Assembly (NCBI GenBank): GCA_903847975.1
Contig: CAINFC010000079.1
Coordinates: forward strand, 75,847-139,846
Source: an uncultured Acidobacteriota bacterium
GTDB taxonomy: Bacteria > Acidobacteriota > UBA6911 > CAINFC01
Reading direction: 5' to 3'
DNA: 64,000 bases
The notes beneath the pieces are model-generated. The model did no database searches. It had not been told where the DNA came from and saw only the letters and a list, made by a program, of their open reading frames with translations. A program made the translations under genes and the position numbers. Shown one piece after another: positions 45,568 to 55,205 of the stretch; position 1 is the first letter of the stretch; every line of letters starts with the position of its first letter.

Positions 45568-48500
45568 ATGAGCTTCCATACCAGGTTGATTTGCAGTGGG
45601 ATGTTGTTCTGTTTGGCGGTGGGGTGCATGGCCGGCGGGCTTTGGGCCGGAGACGATAAGGAGCGGGCCGACCGGGAAGGCCGGCTGATCGAAGTTCTGA
45701 AGAGCGGCGCCGGTGCGGCGGAAAAAGACCTGGCCTGCCGCGAGTTGCAGGTTATTGGCTCGCCGGCCTCCATTCCGGCCCTGGCGGCGCTATTGACCGA
45801 CCGGGAATTGTCCCACATGGCGCGCTACGCCCTGGAGCCCATGCCCTATCCCCAGGTGGCGCAGGCCCTCCGGGAAGCTCTTCCGAAAGCCGAACCGGAG
45901 CTCAAAGTGGGGATCATCGGCTCTCTGGGCTTTCGCGTCGATAAAGAGTCGGTTCCCGACCTGATCCCGCTATTGAAGGACTCCGACGCCGCGGTCGTCG
46001 ATGCCGCCGCCGCCGCCCTGGGCCGCATGGCCACCCCGGAAGCGGCCGCCGCCCTGGAGAAGTTTCGGGCCGCCGCGGCTCCCGCCTTTCAGAACGTAGC
46101 GGGAGAATCGTCCCTTGCGCTGGCGGAAAGGATGGTTCTTTCCGGCCGGTCAGAGGAGACGGTCAAAATCTACGAGGCGCTACTGACTTCCAAATGGCCG
46201 GTGCACATCCGGCAGGGAGCTTTTGTCGGATACCTCCGGGCCGTGCCGGGACAGGCGTCGGTGCGGATCCGCAAGGCGGTGGAAGGCAAGGATGCGGCCC
46301 TGAAATCCGTGGCGGTGGCCAATATTCCTTCGATCAAGGATCCGGAGGCCATCCGCTTTTTCTGCACCTTTCTTCCCAAAGCCCCGGCGGAGGTGAAGAT
46401 ATGGCTGATTGCCGCTCTGGCGGAATGCGATCCGCGGCTGACTCTCCCGGCGATTATCGGGGAGCTGGCCGGTTCCGTCCCGGAGGTCCGAATGGCGGCG
46501 GTCAAAGCCCTGGGCCGCTCGGGTGATGCCACCTGCGTGGCGGCCCTCAGCCGGCTCCTGGCCGGAGCAGCCGACGAAGCCTTGAAGAAAGAATCGGTGG
46601 GAAGCCTGGAACGATTGCGGGGGGCCGGAATCACCGCGGAGCTGGTGACCGCCATGAAAGCCGCGGAGATCGAGCCGCGGATCCAGCTGATGAGCATTCT
46701 GGTTTCCCGGAGAGCGGCCGATGCTCTGGATGCCCTTTTTGCCGAAGCGGTCCACGCGGATGCCCGCGTTCGGGAAGCGGCCTTCAAGGCCATCGGCAAC
46801 CTGGGCAGCGCCGAGCAGCAGCCGGCCCTGTTGAAACTGATGCTGGCCGGCCGGAGCGCGGAAAGCGGCACGGATGCCGAGCTGGCCATCGTACGTCTGG
46901 CCCGCAAGAATCCGGATGCCGGCGCCCAGGCGGACGCGGTCCTTGCCGCCCTGCCGACCGTCACGGACACCGCGCTGCAGTGCTCCCTGCTGCGCATCCT
47001 GGGGGGGATCGCCAATTACAAGGCGCTGGACGTGATGCGCACTTCGCTGCGCTCCAAAGTGCCTGAAATCCGCGAGAACGCTCTGAAGGCCCTGGCCGAC
47101 TGGCCGGACGCCAAGGCGGTGGACCTGCTCCTGCAGGAACTGCGCCGGTCCGGGGGCAACGTGAACCAGCAGGCTTCGCTGATCCGCGGATGCGTGAAGC
47201 TGCTGCGGCGCGGAGACGGCCTTCCTTCCCAAACGGTAGCGCGCTACCGGGAGCTGCTGACCCTGGCTCCGCGGCCCGAGGACAAGGTGTTCATTCTCTC
47301 CGGGCTGGCCGAGGTTCCCGATCCGGCGGCCCTGAAACTGGCCGCTCCGGGCCTGGAGGACCCGCGGATCCGGGCGGAAGCCGAACTGGCTCTGATGCGC
47401 ATCGCCCGCCGGGTGATGGGCGCCGCTCCGGCGGAGGCCAGGCAGGCTGCCGAAAAGCTGAAAAATGCCGCACAGGGCGAGGAGATCCGCCGGCAGGCGG
47501 CGGAGATGATCAGCCAGATCGAGCGCAGCCAGGGATACCTGATGGCCTGGCGGGTGACCGGGCCCTTCACGCGGATGGGCGGCGAGGGGCTGCGTCTCTA
47601 CGATATCGCCCTGGCCCCGGAAACCGGGGATGAAAGCCTGAAGTGGCAGGATCTGACCCTGAGCAGCCGTACGGAAAATCCATGGCGGGTCGATGTGGCC
47701 TCCTTCCTCGGCGAGGGCCGTATGCGGGCCGCGTATGTTCGCAGCTGGATTTTCAGCCAGAAGGCCCAGGATGCGGTCCTGACGCTGGAAATGGACGATC
47801 CCCTGAAGGTCTGGCTGAACCGCGAAATCGTCTACCTGCACAATGTCCCGCCCGGTTCGGGAACCGTCAGGAGCGCCATGACGGCGGCGCTCAGGGAGGG
47901 GTGGAACGAGGTCCTGATCAAGGTGGTGCAGTCGGCCGGGCCATGGGAGTTCAGCTTTAAAATGGAAAAGACGGGCGGCGGTCCCCTGGACAATATCCGC
48001 TGGGACGCCGGTTACGGGGACAAGGTCCGCGAAGGTCTTCTTTATGAAGGGAAGGGCAGCGGCTGGGTCCAGCTTTTCAACGGCAAGGACCTGACGGGCT
48101 GGAAGCAGACCGGAGATGCTCAGTTTTCCGTGGCGGAAGGCAACCTGGTCGGCATCCAGACCACGGGGAAGGGCGGCGACCTCTACACGGAAGGACAGTG
48201 GGAGGATTTCGAAATGCGCGCCCTCTATCGCGTCGACTGGCCGAACAACAGCGGCTTCTGGTTCCGGACCCAGGACGGGAAGGGATACCAGTTCGATATT
48301 TTGAAGTTCAAGGATCCGGTGGCTTACAGCGGAACTCTGTACATGCCCGGAAAGATGTTTCTGACCGTAAACCTGGATGAAGCCCTGGAAAAGAAGGAAG
48401 ACTGGAACGAGGCCGTGATTCGCGCCGAAGGAAACCGGCTGCGGATCTGGCTGAACGGCCTGCTGGTTGGGGATTGCCAGGACTCCTCGTTCCGCAAGGG

Positions 48501-48600
48501 CGCGCTGGGCATACAGGTCCATCCCGGCAATGAATACAAGGGAAGGAAGGTCACCGTCAAGAAAGTGGAAGTTCGCAACCTGGGCCCTGCCGCTCGTTAA
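45568..48600 (+). CDS. HEAT-repeat (PBS-lyase-like) protein fused to a C-terminal DUF1080 (3-keto-disaccharide-hydrolase-like) domain
   Basis: Signal/TM N-terminus; more than 15 HEAT-like repeats (AL..LGRMATPEAA...). The C-terminal GWKQTGDAQFSVAEGNLVG...WNEAVIRAEGNRLRIWLNG is DUF1080-like. Confidence 0.75.
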   Translation: MSFHTRLICSGMLFCLAVGCMAGGLWAGDDKERADREGRLIEVLKSGAGAAEKDLACRELQVIGSPASIPALAALLTDRELSHMARYALEPMPYPQVAQALREALPKAEPELKVGIIGSLGFRVDKESVPDLIPLLKDSDAAVVDAAAAALGRMATPEAAAALEKFRAAAAPAFQNVAGESSLALAERMVLSGRSEETVKIYEALLTSKWPVHIRQGAFVGYLRAVPGQASVRIRKAVEGKDAALKSVAVANIPSIKDPEAIRFFCTFLPKAPAEVKIWLIAALAECDPRLTLPAIIGELAGSVPEVRMAAVKALGRSGDATCVAALSRLLAGAADEALKKESVGSLERLRGAGITAELVTAMKAAEIEPRIQLMSILVSRRAADALDALFAEAVHADARVREAAFKAIGNLGSAEQQPALLKLMLAGRSAESGTDAELAIVRLARKNPDAGAQADAVLAALPTVTDTALQCSLLRILGGIANYKALDVMRTSLRSKVPEIRENALKALADWPDAKAVDLLLQELRRSGGNVNQQASLIRGCVKLLRRGDGLPSQTVARYRELLTLAPRPEDKVFILSGLAEVPDPAALKLAAPGLEDPRIRAEAELALMRIARRVMGAAPAEARQAAEKLKNAAQGEEIRRQAAEMISQIERSQGYLMAWRVTGPFTRMGGEGLRLYDIALAPETGDESLKWQDLTLSSRTENPWRVDVASFLGEGRMRAAYVRSWIFSQKAQDAVLTLEMDDPLKVWLNREIVYLHNVPPGSGTVRSAMTAALREGWNEVLIKVVQSAGPWEFSFKMEKTGGGPLDNIRWDAGYGDKVREGLLYEGKGSGWVQLFNGKDLTGWKQTGDAQFSVAEGNLVGIQTTGKGGDLYTEGQWEDFEMRALYRVDWPNNSGFWFRTQDGKGYQFDILKFKDPVAYSGTLYMPGKMFLTVNLDEALEKKEDWNEAVIRAEGNRLRIWLNGLLVGDCQDSSFRKGALGIQVHPGNEYKGRKVTVKKVEVRNLGPAAR

Positions 48601-48633
48601 CGGGGTCCTTACAGCAAAAGAAAAGAGGAGAAC

Positions 48634-49851
48634 ATGAGCATCAAGTCCATTGCAGAAAAAGCCTTATGCCAGGGAAAAGGGATCGTCCGCCTGACGCCCA
48701 CCTGGGTGCCCCGGGTCTTTTGCGTTCCCGGTCGGCGCATCAAGCTCCATCCGGATGATTACTACGCGCTCGGGGGAAACCGGGGCGGCATCGACGAGCG
48801 CTGGTTTTCTTCCACCACTCCGGCCGACAACGGGCCGCTGACCAGCAAGAACGAGGGATTGAGCCATATCGTCGTGGAAGACGGCGGGTCCGCGGAAACC
48901 ATTCTGCTGCGCGACGCCATCGCCGAGCTCCAGGACCAGCTGATCGGCAAGGCGCTCTGGGACAGGTTCCGCGGCTGGCCGATGTACTCCAAGTTTTTCG
49001 ACAATAAGGGAGCGCTGCCGCTGCACATCCACCACGACGACGCCCATGCCGGACGGGTCGGCGCCCTGGGGAAGCCGGAAGCCTACTATTTTGCTCCGCA
49101 GGTGAACAATTACGGTGGGGATTTTCCCTACACCTTCTTCGGCCTCCAACCCGGAGTGACCAAAGAGCAGGTGCGCGAGGCCCTGCGCCGCTTTGCGGAA
49201 GGAGACAACCGGATCGCCGACCTTTCCGTGGCCTACGTCCTGACGCCGGGAACCGGCTGGAACGTGCCCCCCGGCGTGCTGCACGCCCCGGGGAGCCTCT
49301 GCACCTACGAGCCGCAGAAGGCCTCCGACGTGTTCGCCATGTACGAATCGGTCACCCACCACCAGGTTCTGCCCGGCGAGCTGCTGTGGAAAGACACTCC
49401 CAGGGAGGAGGTCGGAAACTTCGACTACCTGGTCGAAGTGATCGACTGGGAGCAGAATGTCGATCCTTTCTTCAAGGAGAAGCATTTCATGAAGCCTCGG
49501 CCGGTGGCCGATCCGGAAGCCATGCGCGCCGACGGATACGAGGAACAATGGATCTGCTACCTGTCCGAGGATTTCAGCGCCAAGGAGCTTACCGTCTATC
49601 CCGGACGAACGGTGACGGTCCGCGACCAGGGGCCCTACGGCCTGTACATGCTCCAGGGCCACGGCACGATGGGTGTGTGGGATATCGAAACGCCATCCCT
49701 GATCCGCTACGGGCAGCTGACCTACGACGAATTTTTCGTTTCCGAAGGTGCGGCGCGGGAAGGGGTGGTCATTTCCAATCCGAGCAAAACCGACCCGATC
49801 GTCATGCTGAAGCATTTCGGCCCCGGGGTCTGCGAAGTCGGAAAACGTTGA
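48634..49851 (+). CDS. Hypothetical protein (405 aa), possible cupin-like metal site (ALPLHIHHDD)
   Basis: Protein-like composition; embedded in the sugar catabolic cluster; no confident family. Confidence 0.6.
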   Translation: MSIKSIAEKALCQGKGIVRLTPTWVPRVFCVPGRRIKLHPDDYYALGGNRGGIDERWFSSTTPADNGPLTSKNEGLSHIVVEDGGSAETILLRDAIAELQDQLIGKALWDRFRGWPMYSKFFDNKGALPLHIHHDDAHAGRVGALGKPEAYYFAPQVNNYGGDFPYTFFGLQPGVTKEQVREALRRFAEGDNRIADLSVAYVLTPGTGWNVPPGVLHAPGSLCTYEPQKASDVFAMYESVTHHQVLPGELLWKDTPREEVGNFDYLVEVIDWEQNVDPFFKEKHFMKPRPVADPEAMRADGYEEQWICYLSEDFSAKELTVYPGRTVTVRDQGPYGLYMLQGHGTMGVWDIETPSLIRYGQLTYDEFFVSEGAAREGVVISNPSKTDPIVMLKHFGPGVCEVGKR

Positions 49852-49916
49852 AACGGCTCGGAACGGGACATTCACTATTATTCTTGGGAATGGAAAAACA
49901 GGGAGGATATCCGAAA

Positions 49917-50966
49917 ATGAGTACCAGTCAGAACAATTACCCGAAGCTGCACAATGCCACCTGGCCCGGAGTGGTGGGCAAAGGGGAAGGAAGCGAGCCT
50001 TACTTCTCCCTGGAAACCATGCTGGACCTGACCGCAGCGGCCGAAGTGGACGGCGTCCAATTCGACGGCGTGGACCTGTTCCTTTTTGATCCCCATGTCA
50101 GCATCGATTCCTCCGAAGAGGATCTGAAGCGGCTGGCAGGGCAGGTGACCTCGCGCAACCTGGAGATCGGGTCCGTGGTGGCCCCGGTCTGGGGGCCGAC
50201 GGGAGGGGGATCGGCCATGGGCGGCGGGGAGGATCGGAAGAAATTCCTTGCCCAGGTGACCAAGGCCTGCCGCATCGCCCGGCGGCTGCGGGAGCTCGGG
50301 GTGCGGCCCAGCGGGATCGTGCGCATCGACTCCGCGGTCGATCCGGGAAGCTGGGCAGCGGACCCGGAGGGAAACCAGGCGCGGATCGCCGAAACGTTCC
50401 GGCAGGCCTGCGATATAGCCGAGGAGTACGGCGAGCGGCTGGCAGCGGAGGGAGAGATCTGCTGGGGTGGAATGCACAGCTGGCGGCGCATGGTGCAGCT
50501 CCTGGAAATGGTGAACCGCCCGGCCACGCTGGGCTTTCAGGCGGATATGGCCCACACCTTCCTGTACCTGCTGGGGTACAACGCCCCGGAGGACGCCATG
50601 GTATCGGAAACGGTCGACTGGAAGAGTCCGGAATTCGAGGATGCTTACCGGCAGCTTTGCGCCCGGTTGCGGCCCTGGACGATCGACCTGCACATCGCCC
50701 AGAACGACGGCACGGTGAAGGGCGCCGGATCGCACGACAAGACCGGCCGCCACTGCCTGCCCAAAGATCCCGGCGGAAAGCTGGACATCACCCGCCTGGC
50801 CGGCCACTGGCTGCGGGACGAGCGTCAGGAGCTGACCCGCTCCATCCGGCACCTCTGCTGGGACGGCTGCATGTTTTCCAATGAAACCATGAAAAAGCCG
50901 GAAACCTGGAATGAGATCCTGGGGGCCATGCAGTCGGTGCGGGAAGCGCACGGCTGGCGGGAGTAG
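49917..50966 (+). CDS. Sugar phosphate isomerase/epimerase (xylose-isomerase-like TIM barrel)
   Basis: GGGAGG RBS before the ATG at 49917. The TIM-barrel metal-site pattern (E...D...H...E) and the WGGMHSW motif are present. The 5' part of the ORF-track version (49386) is an extension. Confidence 0.75.
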   Translation: MSTSQNNYPKLHNATWPGVVGKGEGSEPYFSLETMLDLTAAAEVDGVQFDGVDLFLFDPHVSIDSSEEDLKRLAGQVTSRNLEIGSVVAPVWGPTGGGSAMGGGEDRKKFLAQVTKACRIARRLRELGVRPSGIVRIDSAVDPGSWAADPEGNQARIAETFRQACDIAEEYGERLAAEGEICWGGMHSWRRMVQLLEMVNRPATLGFQADMAHTFLYLLGYNAPEDAMVSETVDWKSPEFEDAYRQLCARLRPWTIDLHIAQNDGTVKGAGSHDKTGRHCLPKDPGGKLDITRLAGHWLRDERQELTRSIRHLCWDGCMFSNETMKKPETWNEILGAMQSVREAHGWRE

Positions 50967-51002
50967 CTCCTCTGGTGCGGTAATAAAAGAAAGGACGAAA
51001 CA

Positions 51003-52151
51003 ATGGCTAAACTGAATCTTGGATTGATCGGCTGCGGTTTTATGGGGCGGGCGCACACCAATGCCCACAAGCGGGTGGCGGACTTTTTCCCGGATCTGGA
51101 ATGCCGGCCGGTTCTGCAGGCGGTCTGCGACGTCAAGGAAGAGGCGGCGCGGCGGTTTGCGGCCCAGTGGGGCTACGCCTCCATCGAGACCGACTGGCGC
51201 CGGCTCCTGGATCGCTCCGACATCGACGCCGTGGATATCTGCGTTCCCAACCTGTATCACAAGGAAATTGCCATCGCCGCCGCGGAAAGAGGGAAGATCG
51301 TTCTGTGCGAGAAGCCGCTGGCCCGCAATTCCGCTGAAGGGGAGGAAATGGTGGCCGCGGTGGAAAAAGCCGGCGTGCCCAATATGGTCTGGTATAACTA
51401 CCGGCGCATTCCGGCGGTGTCCCTGGCCAAGGCGCTGATCGACGAAGGAAAGCTCGGGCGGCAGATCTACCACTACCGGGCCAATTTCCTGCAGGACTGG
51501 ACCATTTCTCCGGACGTTCCCCAGGGGGGCGACGGAACCTGGCGGCTGGATGTGCAGGCCGCGGGCTCCGGAGTGACCGGGGACCTGCTGGCGCACTGCA
51601 TCGACACGGCCATCTGGCTCAACGGATCGGTAAACGACGTCTGCGCCATGACGGAAACCTTTGTCAAGGAACGGAAGCACGCGGTCAGCGGCGCAGTGCA
51701 GCCGGTGGGCATCGATGATGCCTGCGCCTTTTTCTGCCACTTCGCCAACGGTTCGCTGGGGCTGTTCGAATCCACCCGCTACGCACGGGGGCACAAGGCC
51801 CTCTACACCCTGGAGATCAACGGCACGGATGCTTCCATCCGTTGGGATCTGCACGATCTGCACCGGTTGGAATATTTCGATCACCGCGACGAGGGCCGGC
51901 TGCGCGGTTGGCGTTCCATCCACGTGACCGACCACGGCGGCGCCCACCCCTACATGGACCGCTGGTGGGTCCCGGGTCTGCAGATTGGCTACGAGCACTC
52001 TTTTGTGCACCAGATGGCCGATTTCCTGAAGTGCTACCAGAGCGGCCAGGCCTGCTCGCCCAACTTCCGGGAAGCACTGGAAACGCAGCGCATCTGCGAT
52101 GCGGTGCTGGAGAGCGCCCGCAAGCGCGGCTGGCAGGACGTTCCGAGGTAA
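51003..52151 (+). CDS. Gfo/Idh/MocA family oxidoreductase (cytoplasmic)
   Basis: [13 protein letters not shown]ossmann; EKPLA motif; 382 aa. Confidence 0.85.
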   Translation: MAKLNLGLIGCGFMGRAHTNAHKRVADFFPDLECRPVLQAVCDVKEEAARRFAAQWGYASIETDWRRLLDRSDIDAVDICVPNLYHKEIAIAAAERGKIVLCEKPLARNSAEGEEMVAAVEKAGVPNMVWYNYRRIPAVSLAKALIDEGKLGRQIYHYRANFLQDWTISPDVPQGGDGTWRLDVQAAGSGVTGDLLAHCIDTAIWLNGSVNDVCAMTETFVKERKHAVSGAVQPVGIDDACAFFCHFANGSLGLFESTRYARGHKALYTLEINGTDASIRWDLHDLHRLEYFDHRDEGRLRGWRSIHVTDHGGAHPYMDRWWVPGLQIGYEHSFVHQMADFLKCYQSGQACSPNFREALETQRICDAVLESARKRGWQDVPR

Positions 52152-52188
52152 AAACCCTTTAGCCGGATGGTCTTCGGAGGAGGCGGCG

Positions 52189-53043
52189 ATGCAATACGGT
52201 ATCAATCTGCTGTTATGGGCCGACACCCTGAGCGAGGCGCTTTTTCCCGTGGTGGAGGAAATCCGCTCGCTGGGGTATGACGCGGTCGAGCTCCCGCTTT
52301 TCGAGCTGGATGTCGACAAGTATTCCGCCTGGGGCAGGCACCTGGATGGCCTGGGGCTGGCCCGCAGCGCGGTGACCGTGCGGGGTGCGGCGGACAATCC
52401 GATCAGCCCGGACCCCGCGGTCCGGGCGCGGGGCGTGGAAAACAACAGGAGAGCGGTGGACTGCGCCGCGGCGGCCGGATGCTCTGTGCTGATCGGGCCG
52501 TTCCATTCCGGCCTGGGGGTCTTCAGCGGCGCCGGCCCGACGGCCGACGAGTGGCGCTGGGCGGCGGAAGGGATGCGCTCCGTGGCCGAGCACGCGGAAA
52601 GCTGCGGGATCACCCTGGCGCTGGAGTCGCTGAACCGCTTCGAATGCTATTTTCTGAACACCGCCGCCGATATGGCCCGCTTCTGCCGGGAGGTCAATCA
52701 TCCGCGCTGCCGCGCCATGCTGGACACCTTTCACTCCCACATCGAAGAAAAAAGCAGCCGCGAGGCCGTCCTCGCCCTGCGCGGCCTGCTGCAGCACGTG
52801 CACATTTCCGAGAACGACCGCAGCACGCCCGGTTCCGGGAACGTGCGCTGGGCGGAGACCTTCGATGCCCTGCAGGAGATCGGCTACGATGGCCTGATGG
52901 TGATCGAAGCCTTCGGCCTCCTTCTGGAAAAGCTGGTGCCCACCGTCCGCATCTGGCGCCGGATGTACGACACCGAGTTCCGCCTGGCCGAAGATGGGCT
53001 GGCCTTCATGAAAAGCCAGGTGGCCCGGCGGGCCGGGTCCTAA
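52189..53043 (+). CDS. Sugar phosphate isomerase/epimerase (xylose-isomerase-like TIM barrel)
   Basis: GGAGG RBS before the ATG at 52189; LALESLNRFE and HISEND metal-site motifs. Confidence 0.8.
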   Translation: MQYGINLLLWADTLSEALFPVVEEIRSLGYDAVELPLFELDVDKYSAWGRHLDGLGLARSAVTVRGAADNPISPDPAVRARGVENNRRAVDCAAAAGCSVLIGPFHSGLGVFSGAGPTADEWRWAAEGMRSVAEHAESCGITLALESLNRFECYFLNTAADMARFCREVNHPRCRAMLDTFHSHIEEKSSREAVLALRGLLQHVHISENDRSTPGSGNVRWAETFDALQEIGYDGLMVIEAFGLLLEKLVPTVRIWRRMYDTEFRLAEDGLAFMKSQVARRAGS

Positions 53044-53159
53044 GTCACGCGAGGCGACAGAAACGACGAGCCACCGGGTTGTCTTTGGCGATGGCTCCGT
53101 TCCAAGTCCCACATCTTCGGATTTCCTTTGGGGAAAGCCCTTTGGGGTTCCTCGTGGCT

Positions 53160-53200
53160 CTTTGCCGCTCCATCGCCGGGGATGGAGCGGCAAAGATTTA
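53160..53200 (+). terminator. Strong terminator-like hairpin (15-bp perfect stem) in the convergent intergenic region
   Basis: CTTTGCCGCTCCATC gccggg GATGGAGCGGCAAAG followed by ATTTA. Confidence 0.55.
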
Positions 53201-53288
53201 TCCTATGCGGGAGACAGGCTTCCTTGTTTTTCTTCCCGCTCTTCCTGTCTTCCTGTAAGTCCCGTCATTTCGCGGGAAGACGGGGCGC

Positions 53289-54944
53289 TCAGTTAAGGAT
53301 GCGCGAGGTAAAGGTTATTTCGTCGTCCAGCAGGTAAAAGGTGCCGCCGCGGGTGGCTTCATTAGTCCGCATCTTCTTGGAGCCGATCTGGATGTTGACC
53401 CCGGGGTAAATCCGGTCGCGGACGATGATCCTGGCCTTTTCGAAGCCCTCCAGCCTGCTCTTGTGCTGCTTCATGTCCTGGGCCAGCTGCTGGATTTCCG
53501 CCTGAATCTTTTCCAGCAGCATTTCCAGCTCGTGGACTTTTTCCAGATACTTGGCCGGCTCCAGCCGCTTGTAGTGCAGCAAAGTCTTCTGGGTTTCCAT
53601 CTTTTCCATCGTCTTGGCGCGGATGGCCTCCCGAAGCGCCTCCCCTTTCGCGTAGGCGGTCGGGTCGATTCCCACCAGCACATCGGTCTGCACTTCGGTA
53701 ACGATGCCCAGAACGCGGGTTTCGATCCGCAATCCGGCGTGGCAGGAGCCCCCGGCCAGCAGGCCTTTGCTGCTCCGCTGGCTGCCGATTACCAGCTTTT
53801 CGCTGCAGATCAGGGTGGAGTTGAGCGAGCTGTCCTGGACCAGGATCGATTCGCCCGATTCGATGTGGGCGTTTTCCGCGAAGCGCACCGCCGCCCTTCC
53901 GTCGCAGCGCAGGAAGGCTATCCATTTGCCGGAGTTTTTACCCTTTTCTTTTTCGCCCCGTCCGATGATTCCCCCGGCCACGGTAATGCTGCCCTCTGCC
54001 TGAATTTCGGCCGACTCCACCACCCCGCCAATAAAAATGTCGTTTTTGGCCCGGACCTTCATGCCGGCGGTTACATTCCCGCGAATCTGCAGCGATCCGG
54101 AAAAATTGATGTTGCCGGTGGACAGATCGACGTTTTCCAGCGTCAGCAGCGGCTCGATATAGATGCCGTAAGGCACGCGGATCGGCTGACCGGATACCTT
54201 GGCAATCAGCAGGTTGGAATTGAGCTGGTCCACCTCCACGCCCTTCAGGCCCGGCGTGAAGTGGATGTCCTCGCCCTGCTTGGCCGGGACTTCCTTGCCC
54301 AGCACATTGCAGCCGCCGATCCCGGCCGTGGCCGGCGTTCTCTGCATGACCGGCATGCCTGCCTCTACAGAAAGGAGATCGCTGAAGTCGCTGTCTTCCA
54401 CCCCTCTCCATTGATCCGTCTCCACGACGGCTTCGGGTATTTTTTTGTCCGGGAGCAGGCTGGTGAAAACCGCATTTTTTCCCGGCTGGGGCTTTTCTCC
54501 GCGGGCAATGGTCCGCTCCCGCCCGTCCATGGCCTGAATGGACTTTTCCACTTCCTCGGGGACAATTCCGTGGATAATCCCTTTTTCCTGGATCGCCTTC
54601 CAGATCAGCTCCGCATTCGGTGCCGCCCCGCCGTAGGGCTGCTCCACGGCCAGATAGGCTTCCATCCGGTCGTTGGAAAAAGAAATCGTGAAGCTGAAAT
54701 CCCTGATTTCACCGATATGGACAAAAACCTGCTGCTCGAGCTTGGAATGGCAGAATTCCAGGAGCTCGGCAATCAGCCGATCGTAAATGAAAGCCTGTCC
54801 GAATCCTGCGGCATCAAGCATCTCGTTGATATGCCGGACCGTGAGCTCCTCAAGCGGAGGTCCGGACGCCAGTACGGCGACCAGCTTATTGTCGGCATTT
54901 ACGAAAAAATTCAGCCTGGTCAGGTGAAGCTTGTCGATCGTCAT
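53289..54944 (-). CDS. FapA family protein (DUF342; flagellar-assembly-protein-A-like)
   Basis: 551 aa. The central region has G-rich beta-helix-like repeats (IFIGGVVESAEIQAEGSITVAGGIIG...) and a C-terminal coiled coil, matching the FapA/DUF342 layout. Confidence 0.75.
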   Translation of the reverse strand: MTIDKLHLTRLNFFVNADNKLVAVLASGPPLEELTVRHINEMLDAAGFGQAFIYDRLIAELLEFCHSKLEQQVFVHIGEIRDFSFTISFSNDRMEAYLAVEQPYGGAAPNAELIWKAIQEKGIIHGIVPEEVEKSIQAMDGRERTIARGEKPQPGKNAVFTSLLPDKKIPEAVVETDQWRGVEDSDFSDLLSVEAGMPVMQRTPATAGIGGCNVLGKEVPAKQGEDIHFTPGLKGVEVDQLNSNLLIAKVSGQPIRVPYGIYIEPLLTLENVDLSTGNINFSGSLQIRGNVTAGMKVRAKNDIFIGGVVESAEIQAEGSITVAGGIIGRGEKEKGKNSGKWIAFLRCDGRAAVRFAENAHIESGESILVQDSSLNSTLICSEKLVIGSQRSSKGLLAGGSCHAGLRIETRVLGIVTEVQTDVLVGIDPTAYAKGEALREAIRAKTMEKMETQKTLLHYKRLEPAKYLEKVHELEMLLEKIQAEIQQLAQDMKQHKSRLEGFEKARIIVRDRIYPGVNIQIGSKKMRTNEATRGGTFYLLDDEITFTSRILN

Positions 54945-55205
54945 TCTTTGATATTTATCGCCTGTTTTTACGAAAAATGTAGCGTTTATCTATAAATACT
55001 ACATTTTACATGAAAAATCACCTTAGTATTTCGAAAAATAAAAGCCGCGCACGGGCGGCACCGATTGCGCCATGCCCGTCAAAAGAAAAAAGAAGCCGGC
55101 TTTCCGGTTTGTGAAAAAAAGAACTATGCTTGTACAATTACATCCAGGAAATAGTGCGGTAGGGGAAAGATCCTTAAATGATTCGAGCATGGAGGACAAA
55201 TTTCT

